A DNA stretch of 64,000 nucleotides, from the NCBI GenBank assembly GCA_964187785.1, contig OZ076409.1:57848001-57912000 (forward strand), written 5' to 3'. Below, one piece after another: positions 13,301 to 25,662 of the stretch (positions are counted from its first letter, which is position 1; each line of letters opens with the position of its first letter). A program made the position numbers and the translations under genes. Below the pieces are notes generated by a model. It was not told where the DNA came from. It saw nothing but the letters and a program-made list of their open reading frames with translations, and searched no databases. This DNA is from Amphiscolops sp. MND2022 (Eukaryota).

Positions 13301-14376
13301 GGTACATATAAGCGATGAGGGGAATTCATCACTTTTACATCGCAATATAAAATCTTCGTCAACTGCATCGCTCATGCGATGGGAAAGTGATGGAGTTGAA
13401 AATTAGGTCACGACAGTTCGTTGTGAGGCTCAACTGGCAGTCATCTTACATTTTTCATGGCTTTATCATCGGCTTGCGTACTTCCAGTGTTTTGGCTTTT
13501 CTCTTGTGACTTTTCTGCTTGGGTTTTGACCCGTTTCTCAAACATATACGCACAGTATTGATTCAGGAGGCTCATTGTACATATATGTCTTAAACTCAGC
13601 CTGAGGTTAGGGGATTAGAATAGTAACGCTGGGTTGGGCACAACTATGAATCTTATTACATAGCTTCATATTGCGCATAAATAAGTACATAAGATATATA
13701 TAATGTACATTATGTATAATAATAGATCTATATTTCCATCCTGTTGGCATGACAAACGCCTAACCTGTTTTTTACCTTCGGCATTTGTGAAATTTCTCTT
13801 GTCTTGAACTCGATGTCTTGAACACAGCTGTTCGTAACAAAAAAATTGGAAGTCTTTTACAATGAAAGATCCCGTTCAAAGAGTTTTGCCCCTTCCTTTG
13901 AATCTGTCCCTTCTCACTATATAGTTCCCCTTCGTGGAAATTCACAACAAATCCGTGTAAAGTATTTTTAGTTTCCCCGACTCAATTCGTCTTGAAAGAA
14001 GTAAACTGTGTGCCAATAAAAATTTTTTTCCAAAATTTGTTCCAAAGTGAAAACTTTAAAGTTGTTTTGTGATAGAACAAATATAACAAAAAATGAGGAT
14101 TATCCAAATTGATAACTTCCCCAATTAATTCGTGTAGAGAAATAAAAAGACAAGAGGAAGTTCGGGTTAGCTGGGTTTCAAATCATGAGGTGCATTTTAA
14201 TTGAGACTATTTCGTTGCTTTTTCGTTTTCAAACAATTGATTTTCAGAAGTAACGTAGTTTTCCAAAAACCTCTGAAACAGTAACAGTATACAAAAAAGA
14301 TCGCAGTGTCACTATGCCTCTTGTCTTTTCAAATTGATTCATACAAATTGCAGTTATTCTTTTTAGACATAACGTA

Positions 14377-14553
14377 CAGTAGACTTCGGATAATCGAATA
14401 TCGGCTAATCCGATATTTCGGGTAAACGAATAAAATTTTCAATCCCTGACTGTAAAAAATAAATGTACTAGCATGTTTTCGTTTAATCGAATATTTCGCT
14501 GAATTGGATGTTTTTCCCGGTCCCGCCAGTATTCGATCAGCCGACGTCGACTG
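14377..14553. mobile_element. Small Tc1/mariner-pogo-type MITE
   Basis: 24-bp TIR CAGTAGACTTCGGATAATCGAATA versus CAGTCGACGTCGGCTGATCGAATA (20/24), TA on both sides. Confidence 0.8.
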
Positions 14554-15399
14554 TATAAGTTTGTGGTTTAATCCTAGTATAAAGTTAAAAAACAGGACAT
14601 GGTGCTTATTTTTGCTTGTAATTTTTCACGAATAACTTTGTTTTCTAATTGTCTTTTTCGCGTTCAAAGTTTTGTGAAAAATTCCATTTCATCAAAGGTT
14701 TACCTTTTAGAACAAAATAGTATTTTGATTCAGGAAAAAAACTTTCAAAATCAAAAGCATTCCTACAGACTTTTCAAGAAAACAACATCTTAGCCGATTG
14801 TAAAGACTTCGAGCTTGTTGAGTTTATAAAGCGCCGACTTGAAAAGTTTCCGAATTTTTTTTTCATTGTGAGAACAATGATCTACGTTTTGGACGAAATA
14901 GTAATCGATGGTGCAAAATTTTCCGGTCTTTTACTGAGACCACTTTCTCACGGTTGGTGTTATATTCATATTCCGCCAATCTAAGGTTAGAAATGTTTTT
15001 TTTGTAAGAACCGTTTCTTCAAGTGTCAACTGAAATATTTCAACCTATGTTTATGTTTGAATTTTATATACAAAATATTTTGTTTTTTATATGATTACAA
15101 AATATAAATCTAGGAAAAGTCGTCAAAAACAACGAGTCGAAAACAACTCGCCGAAAATTCTCCGGCGAAAAACTCGTCGCAAGAACAAAAAATAATCTCA
15201 GACAAATATAGCGCTAACTTTGTGATCGTACTGTCTTAATAAGTTCTAACTTATTAAGAAGTATGACACTGTTAACTATAAAAGTGAAACACTTCAAGCA
15301 ATTATATAACTAGAAAAGCTATATTATGCATGATACTGAAAACTTCACGTATCAATTAATGAAAATTAATCCATAATTAGCACAGGATAATCCCTGTTT

Positions 15400-16405
15400 G
15401 TAATCTGCTATTATTCGACGAGTTTGCACTCAATAATTATTCGACGAAATAATTTTCCAGCAGTTTTCCGCCCTTTAATTTGGACGTTCGATAGGAAAAC
15501 AATATGCGAAGGTTCGTGTTCATTTTTTGGGAAAAAGTTCGTGGAAACAACAGTAGTTGTACACCATCGTTGAAATTTAAAATCACAGTTTGAAAACACG
15601 TTTCACGCTTTTTAATTGACAGCTCAGTTCGAACTTATTTCTGACTTCTAGCAAAAACTAATAAGTGTAACATTTCTTGCGCGTGACCTAATTTGCGCTC
15701 GAATCTCGGATTTGAAATAACTTATTCGAGACAGATCTGTATGTCGCATTGCAGCTTGTCATTTATTCGTAAGGACATTATCTGTTCGCATTGATTTAAT
15801 TTTCCACGTCCAAATTGAAAATAAAGTGTCAGGTTTGTATTTTGGCTCAAGATATTTGGACACGCTGAGAAGCTTTGAAATTCACTTTATTTTTAGGATC
15901 TTGGTTACGAATTATCTAGTGAAACCGGAGAAACTCTCAGTCACTTGTTGACGAACAACTAAATTTGCAAAGTTTTCCGTGGTTCGACTTTTTAGCATGG
16001 AGTTCTTTCAGAGTGATAGGAACGTGCCAATTTCTCTTTTTTGTGACGTATATATTTAATTAACAGTGAATGATTGACGGAGACTTTCGTTATGATTTGG
16101 ATAGGTTGGTGACAAATATTTCAAAGGTTTAAATGTTTCAAAGGTTATCGAAACGTGTTATGCAATGTTCTTCGCTTATCCAGTAGGCTTCTCCAGAATA
16201 GTTTCATATTTTGATTTTTGCTATTTTTGGCCGATTGAAGTTTTTTTTAGAGTTTAAAGATCATCTAGATGTTTTGAACTGGAATTCAAAAAGTCTAGAA
16301 ATTCTCGTTCGTTGATACAACTTGTCGAAATTACAAGGCGGAAAACTCGACGAAAACGACTCACCGATAAACTATTAGCCGAAATTTTTGTCGAAATTAT
16401 CATAA
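15400..16405. repeat. Degenerate foldback/MITE-like element with long imperfect inverted arms
   Basis: GTTTTCCGCCCTTTAATTTGGAC (~15463-15485) is inverted relative to GTCGAAATTACAAGGCGGAAAAC (~16324-16346); TCGACGA-type subrepeats in both arms and at ~15120-15180 and ~18330-18390. Ends approximate. Confidence 0.4.
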
Positions 16406-16866
16406 TGATGGTACATGTGGAAAATTTAGATTTTGGCGTTTAATAAAAATCCCATTGTTTTGCGGACCAGAACTTACACAGAGCTAAGATTATTTCGTTT
16501 TTGGACTCGTCGGATTAGTAAAAACAACTGAAAAGGCTGACTATAGCATATTTTGTTACGGCTCATTTGGTAATATCGGTGTTTACTCAATGAGACTCTA
16601 CTTCTCGCCACTTAAATATAAAATAAACTGACGTCAACGATGAAATTGTTCGAATCGACTCAGACAGAATTGATCTGGTAGAGCGAATTCTACTAAGTCC
16701 CCCTTTTTGTCGAAAACATTCTAAGATACCCAATGAAAAACCAATATTCAATAAACGGGAAACCTCCGCCCCCCCCCCCCAAAAAAAACGGTTTTTTATC
16801 AATGGCTATTAATCGTAGAGACATGAAATTTGGCACACGTATACCTGAGCTGCAATGCTACTTTTT

Positions 16867-18166
16867 TATACAAACGGAACCGAGCCGCGACCCATCGGAC
16901 CCGGGCTATTAGCACCGGAAGTGACGTACGTCGATTCCCTACGAAAACGTAAGCGAAGCACGAAATGATTATATAACGTATGGAAATGATGGCCCATAGG
17001 ATATTGAGCTTTTTGCGTATAACTTCGGAAACCTAAGACGCGCGTAGGAGGACTGGATGTGCGGGCCCGACCGATAAAATACATTTCACCTTAGCTTGTA
17101 ATACCTCAAACTAATCGCTATATAGGGCGTAGTCGATTAATAATGTGAATGAAACCGTATTTGTAGCCGCTTTAAGTAAACAAACCATACGCATATCATG
17201 TAACTCGGGAACCATTGACCCTAGAACCATACAACTTGGCATGTAGCAATTTGCATGAGTGCAAATAACTTCAAGGTCACTGACAAAACTCAAGGTCATC
17301 TCAGTTGATGACCCCTGAACACATGAAAAACGTATCTTGTGAAAAACTTGTGAATCAGCGTCTTTGCGTGATAATTTATGTTTTTCTGTCAGGCGAGAGT
17401 GTTTGAGATGCGCCAAGCTCAGAAGGTCAGAAAAGTACCCCTCTCACGTAGCGAACATGTAAACCATGTTTTTGAACGTCATTGGATGACTCTCTCGACA
17501 CTAGAAAACTCGTGGGACATTTGAATTATGACAGAAGGTGGACTTTGGACAAGGTGTTGAATTATTTGTCCTTGGCGGCAAAGAATATTTAGTCGAACTA
17601 CTACTACTAGTGGCGTTCGCCATGCCATAAACGGAATAGCAAACAGAAAAGTGAATGTAAAATATGCTAGAATGTCATAATTAAACCACCAGAAACTCGT
17701 GCGATGAACAACTACAAGTGAGGCGGAAATTTGATATTTTTGAATAGACATAACCGCGTTAGAGAGCTAGAATTCAGTTAAGCTTCGGGACGGCAAAATA
17801 TTAGATATAGCTAAAAGAACTGGTCGTCGTTAGCTCCGGGAGCTAGATAGAAATCGTGCAAGTCCGGGGCTTGTGATAGAACCGTAGTTGGCTGAATCGG
17901 AGATTGTTTCTTCGATTGATACATATTAGTTAGTTTGACTGATTTGAATTACCTAATGTTATTTCTGTGATGAAGTATTAATTTTATCATTCCATTACTC
18001 GAAGCTTTTGGAAACGCGAGTCGATATAGCAATTGGGAGAGAAACTAGTGTCAACTTAGCCTTATATGAGCATAAGCAAGAACCCACTAAATAAAAACCT
18101 TTTCTGATAGAGTTAGATACTCGTGAAATGTCTCCAGCCCTCGTTATTTAAATTTTCTACAGTATA
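16867..18166. mobile_element. Possible solo LTR-like element
   Basis: Compositionally distinct 1.3-kb block bounded by TATAC..GTATA, flanks TTTTT/TCTTT (4/5), AATAAA near 18090; no second copy in the window. Confidence 0.3.
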
Positions 18167-21100
18167 TCTTTCCAGCCAAATAAAGTACTTTTTGTGTAAC
18201 GTAGTTTTTTCATAAACAGACAGACATCTAATCTTCCCCAATCGAACCAAATGAAAACGCTCGCATGTTGGAATATAAAACAGGTAATTGGTAATTTTTA
18301 ATTATTCCCAAAATTTGGCCCTAATTATTCATCGACGAGTTAATTTTCGACCCGTGTTCTGTCCTCAAAATTTGTCTCCGATGAGTTTTCCGCATATTGC
18401 ATTCAGTTAATTCAAAAGACGTTTCAGTAAATATGAATCTAACTAGTACTAAGCGTTTCACCTTAAATCGCGGACACGTTTTACATCGATTCTTGGCCTA
18501 GTTAGTGTTATGCACACGTTTATTCTTTGTACTCAATGAAAAACTAATTTGTAGAAATAAATAAAGCATCCAATTTCCTGGAAACTCAAAAAAATTGCAA
18601 AATTTCACGATAACTTTAAAGTTTTTGAAGAAGACTAAGAGATGCTCTTTGATGTTTTTTCAATTCATAAAGTTCAATGCAATGCGAAACGAAAAACTAC
18701 TGAAAAATAACAAGAAAGAAAGACCAATATCAAAGTTGCGCCCCATAAAAAAATTGAAAATTAACCCAGGTTCCGCAGGAAAAAGGGAACAACTAGTAGA
18801 AAATTGATTGCCGAATTACACCAAAACATTGCTGATGTTGGAATTAAAAGTACAAATTTTATTTGAAACAAAACGAAGATCTTTATGGGGATCATGAATT
18901 TGGAAGTGTATATAAAATTGCCTTAGAACCTAACTTAAACAAGAGGTTTGAACCAGTGAATTTTGAGGCAAGTTATCAAAAACGTCGGCAAAGTTAAGAG
19001 GTTTGAGCGTTCCAATTAGTGTTGAGTTCATGAAAGAAAAAAAAACGTGTTTAAAACGAACAAAACAATTCTTAAAACAATTCTTAAAAATGGATAATGG
19101 AATTTAAAACCTTGTGATGCCCAAAATCATAACAAGACTCACCACAGCTGCGAGTCACAGGTCTTTCTCAGAGACTTTGAGAGAAAGCTTTAAAGTCAGA
19201 ATTTTGAATCAACATTGACTGTGAACCACTTAGCTGGCAAAGCTATCAAACGAACACCCAAAAAACCATTCAACAGACCTGATATTACACGCAATGACGT
19301 TAAACGAAGCTTAGAAGATGTTGTTGATGTACATCAGAATATTTTGTGCAATGGAATAACAACTCCAAACGGAAAGGACGTCAACCATAATGCCTCGCTG
19401 ATATTGGTAGCAACAGATAACGATCGTGCACATAACTAACGAATCAATTCTGTATAAGTTAGAACGCAATTCAGAAAACAAAAATTCTTGGTTTTTGAAA
19501 ATCTTTCAAATTCCCTTATGACGCATTGCTCGTTTGGCTTGAATGCAACGGTAATGTGAACTGGCAGTAAGCGTTACCACTTTATCGAATATACTCTTCG
19601 CATAGTTTGTAAACGATAGTGAACCGCATCGCTGTTTATGTTGAATCGAACTTAGACTGTAATCAAATCCGATTTTTTTTTCTGAAAATGAATCGGCCGT
19701 TTTTGAAGTGATTTTGGATACAACAGCTGAGAATTGTTTGTGCTTTTCAGCGACCCGCAACGTCGGATGGGTGAACTTTCGAATCATTTTCAACACCTCC
19801 TAGTGATTTTGAAAACAAGGTATGAAGCAAGACAATCGTCAACATCGTTCAAGGCATCGATAGTAAGAGATACAAAGGGCTACTAGTCGCCTTTTGGTAT
19901 GAAACTCTTAATTCCTCACCGACTGTAAGATTTTTGGTTTTCAGTAGCTTTAACTATTTGTTGAGAATAGCTCCACTAGAACTCAATTGAACCCGTAGGT
20001 ACCATGCACAAGACAAGAACTGGCTGACTATCTACATCAATTTTAATTAACTTCGAAAGAAAAGGAGAATCAACTCAAGCGAAGATGGTGGGAGTAAGTC
20101 TGACAAGGAAATCAGGATTCTTTACTACTTTGTCCCTTTTTCGGGGGGTCGTCTCGCTACTCTTTAGCTGTTTTAAGGCGCCCTTTTAACAACGAAAAGA
20201 GCAGTTTGAAAGTCAATTAATACACAATAAAACTATGAGACGATTAATAGATTTCATTTAACAAAAACACTACTTCACTACCACGAATAATAGAATGTAT
20301 TATGTGATAACATCGATAATAACGGAGAATAGTACGAATCGTATTAGAAGGCATATAACAAAAAAAATTAACAAGCGTTTCAGCGAGGTTTAATTTTAGT
20401 TATCCGTGAGGATTGGGTGTGATATGTGCCAGATATCAAACTCAGCAACTCGCCGCAATTCTTTTCTTCTTGAGGTGAAAGCAATCTGTGATACCGAAGG
20501 GCCGCTGAACCCGTATTACATGTTGAGACGACAGGCCAACAGACCACCCTGCTGCCGGGTCAAAGTACGTGCTAAGGGATGGCGGATCGGCGATCTGACA
20601 GGCAACTTCTAGAAGAGGCACGGGCGTCACAGCCAATCAAAGCAAATCCGCATTTTTGATAATCCGGTGCCTGATGTAAAACGTAAAGCCTCCGTAAAAG
20701 CTGCAAACCGTCTTCTAGAGATGGACTCACTTTGTGTGTCTTTGTATTGGCGCACATTTCGGTCAAAGTTTTTTTTCGGCCGTTTAGTCACTTAAGTATT
20801 CGTAATTTGTCATCATTCCTTTTTGGAGGCCTGACAAAGTGTTGAGTAGAATAGCTGTTCCTAATTCGGTACTAAAACTTCATCAGAAATACATTCTCGC
20901 AACATTAATCGATCCTGGTTCTACCTTCTTGTCAATCATGACTTTTACTTCGTGTTCAATAGAATTTAAGGGGAGATGTCAATGACTCCTTTTGCAAAAA
21001 CGACTTTGGCTCAATGATTGACATTTGCACTTTTTGTCAAGTCCTTTTTTCCCATACAACTCTTGACAACTCCTTTTAGTAAAATATGGCTGAAGGAAAT

Positions 21101-23051
21101 TTATTCCAACAATTTTCGAAAACCTAAAAGGCATATTCAGTTCAAAGCCTGAAAAGTCGATTTTCGAGTTACACTTCCTGAGGCCGAAACTAGTTGTTCC
21201 GATCTACGAAGGCTAAAAAAGTTGTACACTATCTATACACTATTAAGTACAGTATAAGTCAGTATCTCGCAATCAGGTCTTTTTTCGGAAAAGCGTTCCT
21301 GCTAAACGCTGTGCGCCATGCTCTTGTGCGTCTGGCCTGAATATGTCAGCTCGATATCGCCCAGACCGTGCGAAGGGAATTGGCATTTTGGTAGGTCGAT
21401 CATCCTATTATCAAAATGAATTCACAACTGTCAGTTCTTTAGGGTTTTCACTAGCGCCCGCAGCACTCTATTTACTATTTCATTCACTCATCCACTTCAT
21501 TTTTCAAATACGCTGCAAAAGGGGGGTTTGTGCGCTTGTACGTGGAGTACGAGGCGATAACATGTGCGAAAAACAGCTATTTTGGCCCTTCTTGGGCCTT
21601 TTTAACGTTTGCTGGATCCGATCTCAAACACTACTGAATATTATTTGTTTTCCAATTAACGCAACTTAGACAATTTTCTTTACCTTTAATTTAGGCCATA
21701 TCCGAAACTTTTCTGACAATTGTAGCTATCACACAAACTTATCAATGGAAAGAGTATTTACTTTCAAAGCCTTCGCCGGTCAAGTTCTTGTTGTAGCACG
21801 GGGCTCATATTTTCAACTTGAGCTCCATGGGTCAGGCTATCGAATGCCGGAATTCGTTTGTTGACATCTTTTTTTTCAGCGTCGAGAAATCGCGTTTTGA
21901 TTTTTAATTTGTATTTAGAGGGGGACTGTTTCCAAAGTGTCCAGCGGTCGTTTTCTTATCAGCTGTGCCTACAGCCACTCACAGGTGTTGTATTCTTTGC
22001 TGATTCCGCTCACTGTGAAGTTTTCACTCTCAAACACATATATTACCATGGCAATTTGACTGAAATTCTGTTCATAGTTAAAAGTGACTTCTAGTTCAAT
22101 TTCTGTGGAAATTCGTTTCTCAAAAGTTCTGTAAAATTTATTCAACACGTAGTCAGTCGAATAAGAACATTTATTCGTTCCAGTTTTTTTATATTCGCAA
22201 TAGTTGCCGAGAAATTCGCTGTCAATGTTTACTCTGATTTCAAATTTTCTTACAGATATTTAGGTGGTGGCGGCGGCGGCCAAATAGCATTACCTACAGT
22301 GCGCGGTCACTTCATAGCAGCTAAGAATGGTTATTTCGGTTGTCAACGGGACGAAACACAATATTATTGACATTAAACGAGGTACTTGAAGTACTTATTG
22401 TTAGCTTCACTTTCATAGATATCACATCCTAATAATCTACCTTGCTGAAGGTACAAAATAAAAATACACATCATATAATGATCAAAAAAATCTTATACCG
22501 ATTATGGTAAAGCTTGCATTCGTGAACCTGTACTGAATTGTGGCTAAGTGAAAATCCGGTAACAAAAAAATCAATGAAGTCTACAATCAGAGATCGATGC
22601 CCAAACTCTGCCAATTTGTTCATGAACTATTGCTGAAACTTAGCCGAAGAAAACCAATTGACGTACAGAAAACTGAACAGTATTCTGATGAAACACTGTA
22701 CACTGTCAGTCACTTCATCAGAAATTTGAAGAAAATAACTGCAAAACCAACAATCTGTGAAGAAATGAATTTGCTGCAAAATGACAAAGTAAGTTGACAA
22801 GCCTGCGCCAGAACAAATTGTTTGAAAAACTTGAAAACATAGTCATGGATAACGAGCAAAATCAATGACTTCATTATTAAGTTAGATTTTTTTTTCCAAG
22901 AACATATCAAAAAACCAACTGGAAAAAAATGAGAAATGTTTACAAACACTAAAGAAAGGGAAACCAAAAAATTTGATAGGAAACCAAAAGGATACAGATA
23001 GTTATTGTTAGCTAGGCACCGAGTCAAACAAACCTGTGCAACAGCTAAACG

Positions 23052-23590
23052 AACAAGCCGGGAACGGCCAAAGTCGGCGCCATATCTAAGGCTCAAAATT
23101 TAAAAGGGGGACCCTTCGGGCTTTGTGAAACTCCAGCTGGTTGCAAAAAATTTTTAAAAAATTGAAGGGGGGACCCTTTGGAGACATGAAAATTTCCGAC
23201 AAATTTTTTAATGAGGTTTTTGAACAGTGTCACAGTGCCGAAAAATGTAAAAGGGGGGACCCTTTGCGATTTTTTGACATCCATTGTGTTGCAAAACATC
23301 AAAAAAAATTGAAGGGGGGACCCTTTGGGGAAAAAATTTCAATCCAAAAAGTTTCAAAAAGTCGCATAGTTCCGAAAAAAAGTGCGGATCCTTAGTGTGA
23401 TTTCGAGGTTGTGGACGTCTGTTTTGTTTTTTCTTTTCGTTTTGGACGCTTCTGAGGTTGGAGTTGTTGAGGTTTGAAGTTGTGGAGGTTGTTGAACAAA
23501 TGAACAAAAAGTGGACCTTTCGTGTCTAAAAAAAAAAAAACTACCCACTGTAATAGTCGGGCACATTTTCTACTAAAATGCGCCGACTAA
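23052..23590 (-). mobile_element. Helentron-associated non-autonomous element (HINE/DINE-1-like), complete copy
   Basis: Minus strand: TT + subTIR AGTCGGCGC with nearby partial inverted copy GTGCCCGACTA, central tandem AAGGGGGGACCCTTTG repeats, second subTIR GCGCCGACT, terminal stem-loop GCCG-TTCC-CGGC, then TTGTT; no TSD. Matches the established Helentron/DINE-1 layout. Confidence 0.75.
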
Positions 23591-23963
23591 CAACAAAACG
23601 AGAAAATGAACCGTTAATGTTTCTACCAGAGCCATGTGTTAGGAATGAATATTTCGCATCCATAGGGCCTACATTAGCTTATGGTATGTCGGCTACGTTC
23701 AAAGTACAATGAAAATGTTATTCACTGTTGCACCTCAAGGACAAAAAGTACTGAACAGGATCAAAAAAGAGAAGCAGTCATGATGACATCTCCGATAGTA
23801 ATCCAAACAGAGTTGCTCACCAGTAATAGCACCAACTTATCTAGAAGTTTCATTGAAAACAGAAGTCAGAGTTTACTAGTTGGTTCTCAGAAGCAAAAGT
23901 TATTGTTTCGATCAAAAATGGTAATAGACAAAATTCAGAAAGCTAGAGACTGTTCAGTCACTT

Positions 23964-24834
23964 CCCAGTGTAAAAACTCTTGGAACTCTTGATAAGAATC
24001 TTGGATATTCTTGGATTTCTTGGTAAGAATCTTGCCAAGACTCTTACCAAGAAATCCAAGAATTTGCAAGATCTTGCAAGATCGTGCCAAGAAATTCAAG
24101 AAACCCCAAGATTCTTATCAAGAGTTTCAAGAGAAACCAAGAATACGCAAGAAAATGCAAGAGGATTCAAGATTCCCTTTAGAACCTCAGTCATCATAAA
24201 ACCTTCAGAAGTCTCGGCAAATGAGCTAAAAATTATCAAAAATATCCAGCATTATGGAATTAGGATCTTAAAATTACAAATTTGGACCCAAATCTGATCA
24301 CGAAAGATCGATAAATGTAGCTGAAGTTGGAAAATCATTGAATGTTGCTCTCATAATTGCAAATTCAGATCTAAAATGAGCAAAATTATTACCTAAAAGG
24401 ATTGAAAACAAGATCCAAATGGTATGTATCAAGGATCTAAAAATTACATGTTCCAGACCAAAAATTGATCATATAAGGTTGAAATTTTGCAGATTTGGTA
24501 ATTGCAGACAATTTGTCTCTGAAATTGGCCTTAAATTTACCCAGAAAAGGGTTTTACAGAGAAAATTTTACAGATTTTTCCATAACATGGCCCAGAATAA
24601 CTGTAAACAGGTCTAATTCAACAATTTGTGAAATTGTACTGAATTTTGAAATAATCGAAATTTTCATCTCCCGGATTTCTTGATAAGAATCTTGGCAAGA
24701 TTCTAGTCAAGAAATTCAAGATTTTCTGGAAGAAGTAAGACTTTCCAAGATCTTATCAAGAAATTCAAGAGGTAGCAGGATTTTGTAGGAAAATCCAAAA
24801 TCTTGGTAAGAAATCCAAGAGTTTTTACACTGGG
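23964..24834. mobile_element. Non-autonomous DNA transposon (MITE), CCC..GGG termini, probable CMC/EnSpm type
   Basis: Perfect 21-bp TIR CCCAGTGTAAAAACTCTTGGA, TT 2-bp TSD (23962-63, 24835-36), dense subterminal TCTTG/CAAGA repeats at both ends. Confidence 0.88.
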
Positions 24835-25425
24835 TTAGTTCAAAGACTGAAGTAAGAGGAGTGATTTCTATTCAGTCTTTCGCGACACTATCGAAGTTAC
24901 TGGATGAGCGAATTGGCAAAGACGTGACAGAATACGCTTGCTTATTACCCTTGAGAAACTTTCGACACCTCACTTGTACTAAAAACACCTGATTACTACT
25001 GGTTCAGATTACCGAAGTTTTAAAGAGTCTTCGTCAATATCGCTCACACTGTGTCAGAAATAATGGTAAGATATTTGGACGGCATCCTCTAAACACAGAA
25101 GTTCTTTCTCATTGGCATTTTTCCGTTTATTGAACAATAGATTGGAAGTGGCAGAATTTGCTGACGTTACTACGATTTTTCAGGTAGTTGAACGCTTGGA
25201 TCTTTGGCTTCAAAACTAGGTAGATCGCATTTGTAGCTTGTTTGACTCCTACAAAATTTACTCCTACTCGCTCAGATATCGTGAGGTTTCAGAAAAAGCA
25301 AAAACTCATAAAGGAGCTTGCATGTGCTAAGTCATTCATATTGACACAAAACTGTCTTTCTGAAAACTCCTCGACTTTGTTTTGAGAAAACTCAAAAAAA
25401 TTGTGATTTGTCTCATAGCGTCGAT

Positions 25426-25662
<237 letters not shown>

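Noticed and set aside
23100..23340. CRISPR-like repeat/spacer pattern (AAGGGGGGACCCTTTG)
   Set aside because: Eukaryotic context, spacers are related to each other, no cas genes; these are central repeats of the Helentron-like family.
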